A DNA stretch of 64,000 nt, from assembly GCA_000320545.1 (NCBI GenBank), contig ADNK01000562.1, forward strand, positions 24,590 through 88,589. Direction: 5' to 3'. How positions within the stretch are numbered: position 1 is the first letter of the stretch; every line of letters begins with the position of its first letter. A program made the position numbers and the translations under genes. This DNA is from Bigelowiella natans CCMP2755. Its lineage: Eukaryota > Protista > Cercozoa. This document shows, in pieces, positions 13,924 to 23,973 of the stretch. The notes beneath the pieces are model-generated. The model saw only the letters and a list, made by a program, of their open reading frames with translations, did not search any database and was not told where the DNA came from.

Positions 13924-15182
13924 CCCCCCTCCTGTCTCTCTCTCTCTCTCTCTCTCTCTCATGTCATATAAATCAAAAAATAATAATGCTCAATAATTAA
14001 TTATTATGTTCAATCTGGAATGGATAGTCCCCACTCTCTCTCTATAATTGATGACTGAATCTCACCTCGTTTGAAGGCCCTTCATAGTCAAGGATGCCAC
14101 CGTCCAAATCCAGGATTACTGCTTGAATTGGAACCTGCAATGATGCGATAACCAGGAAATGGTTAATTTGAGGTCTAACGAATGTTGACCCTCCAGCAGA
14201 AATCGAGGGCATATATCATACGACCACATTGGTACTATAATCTATCCTGTTCGCCGAAGCATACAAATCTCGCCGCCGTAGTCGTCGTCATCATCATCAT
14301 CATCATCATTATCATTTCTCACCCCATTCGCCTGCTTGGCCCTCTCTGTGAGAGCTTCCAGCCCGGACACGACCGATTGCTTGGTCGGCGTATCGACGTC
14401 TGCCGTTGATGCAACAGTAGCGTACATCTTAGCGGACCGGTGGCTGCTGGGTGATGATTTGCTGTCTTGCACCCGACGTTGCATCACATGGGTCTGAGCC
14501 CTAATTAAAACATCATTTTTTTTTTTTTCACAGTTTGGACACTTATTTTCCAACCACCACCATCCTATCTTCCAACTATTTAATGCATGCATCCTTGCCG
14601 CACGCATATTTTATCGTATCCCAAACAGTGGACTTCAATCTTCACCGTCGCACGTCTACGCGAAGTGAATGATGTAACGTCTCTAGTGTTCCACGTTGAT
14701 ATGTAAATCTTTGGCATTTCTCACCTTGCTTGGTTAGCTACAAAGAGAGGCTTTCGGCTTGCAAACTGGGCAGGTATTCCCCCGACACTGCCGCATGATG
14801 CAGTGACAGTTCGCGATGTCGCTAATCCTACCTGCGCCTAATATTCAATTTATTTCATTTCCTGGTGGACCTCATTCCGTCGGGTATACCGACATATAAG
14901 CATATATAATATGCGCATTCTCAGTAGCAGTATAGAGAATTAAAAATTATCTTTCTAAGTCATGCAAGCGTGCCCTTTTCGCACGTCGGACACAGATGTG
15001 GCTATCCTATCGCGCAGCTACGCGGCCTAATTGACTCTCCCTCTGACCCTAATTTTACGAACCTGTGGTTCTCTAGTAGTAATAACGGCAACTAGAAGAA
15101 GTGCAGCCGCCGAAACGAGCGCCGGGTACACGTAGTACTTGGGTGAGGCAGGGGAGGGACGGCCACGGGGACGTAACATCAT
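10704..15182 (-). CDS. Bipartite-leader HAD-superfamily phosphatase (PUDP/HDHD1/GPP-like) fused to an aldo-keto reductase
   Basis: Spliced frame: MMLRPRG..ALVSAAALLLVAVITT (signal) / transit-like exons / VPIQAVILDLDGGILD (HAD motif I) / FPIALATSS..FDVVITGDD / VLDDSPMAVWSAKAAGM / DALRI|RLVHEALKLP..VGFGT..AINAG / YRLIDTATKY..VTKVW..LIHWP..SIGVANW..NQVEMHPY (AKR, D-Y-K-H tetrad present). Confidence 0.85.
11982..12023 (+). repeat. (GGTGAC)7 hexanucleotide microsatellite in the intron joining the HAD and AKR parts
   Basis: Seven perfect tandem copies read directly. Confidence 0.95.
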
Positions 15183-16434
15183 CGTGGCTCACGATTACTA
15201 TGACTTAGCTCGTCGACTGGTGAATACAACGACGACGCGTGTCTTCGTTCACTCTTAGCTTGTAATTACTGTGTGATTTACGTCGTAGAAACAAAAACCC
15301 CTCAATGCTATGATCGCGTTGCTATCGAAGTCTACGTAGAGGTCTTAGTCGTACAGATCGAGCGAAACTTTGAGATTTTAAGAAGGCTGAAGCGCAAAGT
15401 AACTCTCACTGTCAAAACTCGAATTGTGCAATATTTTGTACGTCGCTTATTACATTGATAGGGCAATTTATAAATAATTTAGAATATCCGGTATTGTTGT
15501 AGGTGCAGAAGGCATTTGATAAGTTGAAATCTCTTGGTTTGTAGACGTCGTCGTCTGCCCGAGAAAAGAACAGGAAGGAAAACGCAGGCGGCTCCACTGC
15601 GGAATGCACTGCGACAGGCGTTTCTTCTTTGAAAATATCGTGCATTGCTGCTTATTTCTCTCATTTCTCATCCAGCTACGCATTTCCTCAACAATGACCC
15701 AACGGCTGGTAAGTTCGGTCTGCCCTAAAATGTCGAGAGTTTGTCCACAGATGTATTCCCAAAATCAAGACGTATGCAGTAAAAAGTAGAGTTTGCAACT
15801 ATTTTGAAGGACCGTATGTCTGATTCCTGCAAGGCATGTGGTTAATTGAAAAAATCAGACTCAAAATGTACGTTGTTCGCTGGAGGAATTTCTATCAATG
15901 ATGTAGCATGAAGGCTACGAGAATGTTTAGACGCTTTACAAGCTGTAAACCCGATCTAAAAGGCTCATAGAAACAGCAAAAGCTGATCTGACTAACCTCT
16001 GTTGGAAATAGCCTTTCGGTACCACCGGGCAATGACTACTCCTGACATCAATGATATTTCCCTTAGAAACATACGTGTCGTAGGAGTTTTGTGCAATGCG
16101 ACCTCGCTACTTCGCACTCAGGAATACTATAAATATTTTAATATTTGCGACATTCTCATATGGTTGACGCATAGTAAAAAGCGAAAATGAAACGGAGGAA
16201 ATCCTAGGAAATCCTGGAAATCCTCTCCTTAAACAAAATCGCAAGCGCTTCAAGGCAAAGATCGGAATCCGTGGAACCCAGTCCGTTTGAGTGCACATGA
16301 ATGGGATATTTCCTGTCGCATAGTAAAAATTGGAGTAAAGCTGAGAACGACTCGTTCCTCTTTTGACATACCACGTCGATCCTGCCCATCCTCCTCCACA
16401 GGAATACTCAGGAGAGAGAACAGAAGGAAGAAAA

Positions 16435-16732
16435 ATGATGATGAACTCGTCCACGACTGCTTTGTGTGTTTCTGTTGGGACATCCTTAGTCCTCCTCATG
16501 CTATTAGGAGGGCAAAGAATGCCACCACGCTCTGAGCTGAGCCTTAGTGCTACGGCATCTCGTTCCAGCCGTCTCTCCCGTGTCAGCAGCTCCCCTCACG
16601 TATCCAACTGCAATAATGCTGCACTTTCTGGAATGAAGCGAAATATGCGTTCTGTCAATGTAGCTAGCGCCGCATCTGTTTCTCCGATGACCCTAGAACC
16701 AGCATTCTCTACTGTAAGGGGTAAATTAGAAG

Positions 16733-16773
<41 letters not shown>

Positions 16774-18396
16774 CACATGCACATGCACGCACACACAATG
16801 CACATATGTGTAAATATTCATGGACAATTATGTATGTATGCACGTTGGTTTATGAAATGAAGAAATAGCCGGAATAATAATTTCTTCTATGATACGCGAA
16901 CATCTAAGGCACTGCCCGTGAGCAAAACGAAGATCGCCTTGCTGGTTGTGTTTCTTCCCCTCATACCCCCCTTCCCTTCTCTATATGTTTACATGTATAT
17001 ATATAAATAAATAAATATATATATATATATATATATAATATCTAATGATTCTTCTCTAACATATACCACTAAACGTGTAATAGCTCTTTCTCTACCTTAT
17101 TTAATCGAATATGTTGTTGTATCTTGGAATATTAGTGGTGAAAAATCCTGGGGCAGCAGATGGACAAATTGAGAACTTCTTTGCTGTCTACGATGGTCAT
17201 GGAGGTATAAATCCGAGCAGTTTCCGAAAAAACGATCAACGCATAGAGAGCAAGAATTAATAGGCTAGCGAATGATAGCTAGAAGGCCAACGATTCTAAC
17301 CACCATCCGTTGGAATCCGATAATCTAGCTTTTGTTTTGCTTATTAACATTTTAAGTGGACGCCTCCTAAGTATATTGCACTTAAAACTTCCTCATCAAC
17401 ATATCAGGCGACGGGACTTCGATATGGCTTGTGGACAATTTCTACAACTACATCAAGGTTGATGCTGTTAGTGAATGCGTGTAATCTGTGGTATTCGTGC
17501 GTGCTTGATTGCACCTGCACACCATGAAAACGGCCGCGCTGATTTTGCTAGCTTTGAATATGCTGGTGAGATAGTATTTAAGAAAAGAATTCTGGTATTA
17601 TAGCTGGGGAAGGATGTATTGATAATGATATCATCGCGCTATTTGAGAATTTCTCGAAGATTGTGCAATTAATTTTACGGATGCTACTACTACTGCTATT
17701 ACCGCTATTGCCAGGATATGTGGAGTGCTACGGACCCAAAGTCCAGCATGATTCGGTAGTCGAAGAATTAACAACTAGTCTCAGAAACACACGCGTGCAG
17801 AGCTCACATCCAGCCACATGTGCATGAACGATAATCACGCATGATCCCCGTATCTAACATCATTGTTGTATTACCTTAGAGCCTTCGAAAGTGCTGACGA
17901 AGAAATTCTCAAGGTAGGAGTGAGGAGATCGTGTTCGAGTGATAAGAATGCTTTTTAAAATATGGCGGTTAGAAATCATTGATTGCAGTCGGCATGCTTT
18001 GGTAGCTAGATGTTTTGCCTTTGGTCCCAACTTATGCCCTTGCTTGCCCCTCGCATCAATATGTCCGTCGGTTTTTCCCAGTACAGTTCAGTTTTTCCTG
18101 GAAATAACATAAATCATACTCAATGTTTTCATGGATTTTTGTTTTCTTTCTCGTCCTCTCTCATCACACACTGCCGCTGCACTATACATGCAATTTAACA
18201 GCCACGCGGGGGTGTATTCGGAATTGGTGCTCAACGAGGCGTCGGAGGATCCAAGTGTGGATCTACGGCGGCTACCGTTGTCACGTAAGAATAATAAAAA
18301 GCAACTGCTGCAATTTTGAAGGAAAAGAAGCAAATCCTCCCGACAGTATGTATGCGTACGGCGACTTTCATGTTACGCGTAGTGCCTGTCTATGTG

Positions 18397-18436
<40 letters not shown>

Positions 18437-18512
18437 TGATGACTCCTTCCTCCATCCAGTCAGTCCGCTTTGACGGGTTAGACGCATATTCATTGTTTTA
18501 TGTGTTCCTTCA

Positions 18513-18553
<41 letters not shown>

Positions 18554-18566
18554 TCCCTTTCCCTCT

Positions 18567-18602
<36 letters not shown>

Positions 18603-19520
18603 TCAACAAGGAAGGCAAGAAATACGCCGTAGTTGCAAACATCGGAGATTCTATGGTTATGAAGAAAAGTAATGGGGAGCCTCTTACGTACGTATCGACT
18701 GAACATGTTCCCGACAATGAAGAGGTCAATTTTAATAATAATTTTAATTTAATATCCCAAATATTTTGATGAATTTTAGCTTGGCTTTGAAGCAGTAAGT
18801 TACATTTCCCCTTGTACTCTCAACGTGCCCCCCGCCCTTCATTTGCTGCATCAACCTGATCATTACCACCATCATCTCTCGCTCCATTAATTAGGAACGA
18901 AAGCGTATCGAGATGTACAACCCAAACCCGAAGATGCCTCTGGTAAGTTTAGCACATGAGTTCTAACGAGATAAGAACTTTGGTCGGGCATGATAAATGC
19001 TGAATGACGTTTTCATGTCTCAAATTCTCACTAATCGAGTAGGTTCGTTACGTTGAGAACACATGGCGAGTTGGCGGTAATATTGAATTCTGTCTCTCTT
19101 ACAAGTAGTGAATTATTCGGGAGGTCTGGGCGAAAACCATAGCTCTATCTTGCTTTGCGTGATCGTTGTCGTTATACTCCCTTCGCTTTTTTTTTCAGGT
19201 CTTCTTGCTCTTTCCCGTGCTTTTGGAGACGCTTACTTGAAGCCTAGTGTAGATTTCGAAGGTAAGAAAGATAAAAGGATGAGGAGGAAGAGGAGGAAGA
19301 GAAAGGAGACACCATTAGCGGATGGAAAGCCTACAAAAGAAGAAAGAAATCCTTCTTTTCTCCAGTGTGTGATATGTTACCTATTCTTCTTCATCTTGAT
19401 ATTTTTGTTGATGATGTGGTTGAATAGGTATCGGCTATCAGGACTCCGACTACATGTCCGGCTTCGGTCTTATTGCGCGCCCTGATGTCGAGGTACAACA
19501 GCGCTTCTTCACCCCCTTCT

Positions 19521-19619
<99 letters not shown>

Positions 19620-20035
19620 GGTACTTTTCATGATACTATCCATCGATAACAATTATAATCTCAGACAATGGTGGTGTACTCAGGTTTTGGAGCTTAACAG
19701 TGCAGATGAATACATGATTATCGCATCCGATGGACTTTTCGAGACCGAACTTCGTGGTGGGGGAGGCGGCCTCACCCCTGAACAAATCAGTAAGTCGTAC
19801 ATCGTTGTCAGTCTGTGGGGTGCGTTTCTGCTTTATCTATCCACTACATCATCTGCTATTGCAGATTCTCACCTAACCTAACCCTACTATTAATTTTTCC
19901 TTTACCAATTTAGCGGAGCTCATCAACAGCATGAAGGGATCCACCCCCGAGCAGATTAGTGCAAAGCTCGCTGCTGGTGCGCAGGCTGCAGGGTCTACCG
20001 ATGATGTAACCGTGATATATGTCCCCCTCAATTAA
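16435..20035 (+). CDS. PP2C/PPM-family protein phosphatase with bipartite (plastid-type) leader
   Basis: Leader MMMNSSTTALCVSVGTSLVLLMLLGG followed by an S/R-rich transit-like region. Exons give REQNEDR, FFAVYDGHGG, CGSTAA, VANIGDS, EHVPDNEEERKRIE, LLALSRAFGDAYLK, IIASDGLF and GSTDDVTVIYV*. Confidence 0.92.
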
Positions 20036-21136
20036 GGGGGAAAAGGAGCTTTAATAGTTCTATTCACGACGGCGACGCTACTTTAATGAGAAAGATAATC
20101 GATCTTTGGAGCAGGTTGGCTATTCAAAAGCAGCAAATTCTAGTAGATCAGGAGAGAAGGGGGACATAGATATTCTTTTAGCTCTTTGCGAATTTCTATT
20201 TGCTGTTTTTTATTGCTGAAAACAAATACAAGGGGAAGAGGAGGAAAGCGTGGAATATGAGATGGCATGTTGAGACTCGAGGATTGTTGGAAACGATGAA
20301 GTAAAAGATACCCACTACGTTAAATCTAGCACTGTCGTCTTATTTTATAGTTCTTCGCAGTTGTTCAAAAAGCGTGCATAGCCTGCACGTAAGTAGATGA
20401 CAATTTGCGATTATTCTAGCATTAGTTCTTGACAATGAATGCGCACCATCTGAACAGCTGCATTCAGCAATAGAGCATGTGTGTAATGGTTGATAGACGA
20501 CTAGTAATATGTGACGTTACTAGTCGTTCACATGTGCCTGAATGCACATGCTAGCATGGCATGTGCCAGAGGTGCTGATACAAGATGCAGCACTAGACTA
20601 GCTAGCTAGTAGAGCATGGCTAGATCTAGAGATGGCACGTGCTAGCGAGTTGCGTTCAACATTGCTAGATTGCTAGATTGCCAGATTGGTGCAATTCACA
20701 CAGCTCGCCCCATCTCTAGATCTGTCTAAGCAACAATGGACACAGTGCTAGCAGTGCATGCGCAGCACGTCCAATGTGCACTGGCTAGCTGGTGCATGCA
20801 ATGCCACAATGCTAGAATGTGTCTAATCACAAGCACATGCCGCACAGCTGCTAGCCAACAAGCATGCGGAGCAATGAGGCACCCACTAGTCCACCGTGGC
20901 ACACAACACCAAGCCACATGCAGTTGGCTGCACCGACAGCTGCACAAACATGCTCACATCAGAGACGCAAGCATGTGTTTGCTCTGTGCATTTGCACATG
21001 TGGGATTCTTGTGTCCATTATTTTCACTTTCCTGCATGCGCCGCACGCGAGCGATCCAGTTTTTGCGATTTCAAGAACTTGACGTGTGCACGTGGTGAGA
21101 CTGTCGTATTTGATGATGAAATGATCAAATTCTATC

Positions 21137-21290
21137 TTGCTGCTTCTTGGCTAGTAGGTGGTTAAGTATATCCTAGTCCTTCCACCTCCTGCTTAACGGC
21201 TTCTATGTCAAGATCCTCAGCCACTTGACTCTTCTCATCAAACTGATATGATTATAAAACCCGAGCACACATCACAGAGTTCAATAATAA
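21137..21290 (-). pseudogene. Decayed duplicate of the exon at about 21728-21883
   Basis: About 150 bp aligning to 21728-21883 with scattered substitutions and a 2-nt deletion (tatatcctag vs tatatttcctag) that shifts the frame after DLDIEAVK.EVE.LG. Confidence 0.8.
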
Positions 21291-21535
21291 ATTCCTCATT
21301 ACTTATCTTTGATCAATCTACTCCGGTTTCATCTGATATGTATTTGATTTCAATCCCTTCTCTGTAAATATAAAATATGCATGGTACGTATAAAGTGTAA
21401 TCAATATTTGTCATAATCAGGTATACGGAATTTAGAACTATCGCATCAAAAGAGAAAACCTTCACTGCATCTCAGATTAGATGAGCTATCACTCAGTTTC
21501 CGTTGGCCAACCTTCATGCATAGTCACATTCAATG

Positions 21536-22520
21536 TCAGACTCGTTTGCGGACGATCATAAGATAAGAGATAAGAACCGGGACATCCTCCTCTTCCCTTT
21601 CTCTGTCGTCCTCATGGCCATAGCCATGATTTCTGCTATGAAGAAGCTCAGATGGTGTAGCACTAGAAGCATCGCGAGAATGTGCGACAATTGCTTGTGA
21701 AGAAGATATTGAAGGGGTAGGGGATGGTTGCTGCTTCTTGGCTAGTAAATGGTTAAGTATATTTCCTAGTCTTTCCACCTCCCGCTTGACGGCTTCTATA
21801 TCAAGATCCTCAGCCATTTGACTCTTCTCATCGAACTGATATGATGAAGATAAAAATTGAGCACATACCACAGAGTTTAACAAGAATAAAAAACCTGCCG
21901 AGAAACAAATGTAGTGGCGCTGTTCGCATCTTGTTCATGTTCATCCATTAGACTCCTGTCCTCCTTTAATGCCAAAGAGAATAGTTAGGATTAGAAATCT
22001 TGCCAGTAACAAAGAATACAATCAACAGTCTCTCACATTTGCATTCGTAGCGACCAGATCGCTACAAATGGATACATCTATGTGCACAACGACGTCGCTT
22101 GTTTACCTCGTCAGAGAATTCTTCCTCACTCTCTTCGTCTTCTGTACCATTAAGATGACACTCAAAACTAGAGCGTGCTTAAATAGTTACTCAGGATTTA
22201 AATTGTGATCTTGTTTATTTTACCCATGCTAAATTTATTTTTGCTGCTAGATTTATACAATCTGTGAGTCCGACTCGGTGCTTGTACAAAGTCCACCCTT
22301 TGAGGCCCAGGATCCTCGAAGTAGCCTATCGTTTCCGAGCATGCATTGATGACTCTCTTGGTGACTTTCCAGACCTTGTTCTCGATTTGTAACTCGAACT
22401 CGGCTAGCACCCCGGCAATCGACTCCATCTGTTGTGTGTCTTTGGCTTCGTTGTTCAGGAGATACAGGCGAATATTCCCGCAGAATATCGGACAAAATCA
22501 TGTCGCAGGAGAGAGAATGC
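21536..22520 (-). CDS. Probable multi-exon gene of unknown function (short coiled-coil); 5' end lost in the TpA-depleted island
   Basis: Coding-like exons MESIAGVLAEFELQIENKVWKVTKRVINACSETIGYFEDPGPQR and SYQFDEKSQMAEDLDIEAVKREVERLGNILNHLLAKKQQ. Confidence 0.4.
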
Positions 22521-22749
22521 CCTACAACAGTCCAGAGACAAAACCCAGTTTGTTGGTGCTGGCTTGGCCGATGTTTTAATTTGCATTTGTCATGTTGTGA
22601 GAACACTGCAGATGATGTTTTGTGCGCGACAAAGAAATGTTCGGTTCAACATGATCTCAGCTGCTTGTCTGTCCACACGCACGGGATCTGCACTCAAGCA
22701 CGCTGGTCACTTCATTCCTTCCATGCCTGTGATCCATTTTGTTTGTAAC

Positions 22750-23845
22750 TTCATTCATTCACTGATCTTCTCATGAGTCATTCCAGTTCACATGCTTCGC
22801 TAGATCCATGGGTTCCTGTTGTGGGAGACGTTGCAAGCTAGCAAGGGGGTTCACGCACGTTCAGGTCACATGCACACTGAAATGGCCAGGTGGTCACACC
22901 GTTTGTCGTGTTCTCACTCCTCACCTCAAACCTGAGACCCCTGCTGTCGTCGTTGGATCTCGTTTCCTTTGCGCCTTCATGCTCTGCTGCAGCTTGCCAG
23001 TGCTGAAAGTGGTGGCCAGACAACTCTCACTTGCCAGCTTGGCCAGTTGGGGGTCTCTGGTTGGCTGGGCTGGTGGGTGTGCCTGAACGTCCCGTGTCGT
23101 TTGTGTGTGAGTCACGATTTTGTCAACTCCTGAATTGTGCTTCACTGCGCTGTTGTGAAATTGACAATTCCACTGTTCCACGATGCTGTCTGGCGTGGTT
23201 TCACTCCAGCACTGTTCTCAAAACAATTGATCTGTTTGTTCCTCTGGTCCTCAAAGCAAACTCCAGAACTGGCCAAGCTCCAGAGCTAGCAAGTCTAGAA
23301 GTGTCATCTTCTCTGGTCCAGTGGTGCTGGTGCCCGCTGGCTAGAGCACATGGCAACTCTTGAACTGGCAGAAAGCCGCGGCGCGCTTGCAACGTTCAGG
23401 CACGTCTGGACGTGCCAGCGTGTTGTGACGTCACTTCCGTCACACAACACCTTGTAATTTCAGAACACTGCAACAGCAAGTCATTGCTGTCAATTTTTCA
23501 CACATGCAAAGAGTGAAATCTTGCACTGGCATGGCCAGACAGGCTAGCAGTTCAGCTAGCTGCGTGAACAACATGAAGATTGAAAACCATCTGTGGTTGA
23601 CGACAGTGCACATCTGTGCATCAGGATCTCTTGGATCTGGACAGATGGCGATGTTCACATGGAATCGAATTTGAATGCTAGAATGTCTAGTGTGCACTAG
23701 TGCACAACAGTGGTGTTTTGTTGTGCATGCAACAACCTCAATGGCAAATCAGTTCCCCCCGCATGTTGACATTTCTTGCAAGAAAATGATGCAACCGACG
23801 CGTGTGACGTGAATCAACTTCTTTTCATCGCTTGAATGACAACAT
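22750..23845. other. TpA-depleted island
   Basis: Manual count of 11 TA in about 1.1 kb, 10 of them within CTAG; rich in TG/CA, with CpG retained. Confidence 0.9.
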
Positions 23846-23973
23846 GATAACGTGCTCAGCAGGGCGCTGCCAAAAACATGGTGTACAAACCCACTGTGCG
23901 CCTGGGCCATAATGTGATCCTTGTAAATACTTTCAGTGGTTGAACATCGCAAGGTATTGTGCAAAATTTTGAA

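Noticed and set aside
15270-16400. Short ORFs between the divergent HAD-AKR and PP2C genes
   Set aside because: No motif or consistent splice model; a small gene cannot be excluded.
22500-23900. TpA-poor islands as transposable elements
   Set aside because: No terminal repeats, target-site duplications, transposase or reverse-transcriptase motifs were visible. A repeat origin cannot be excluded without a genome search.
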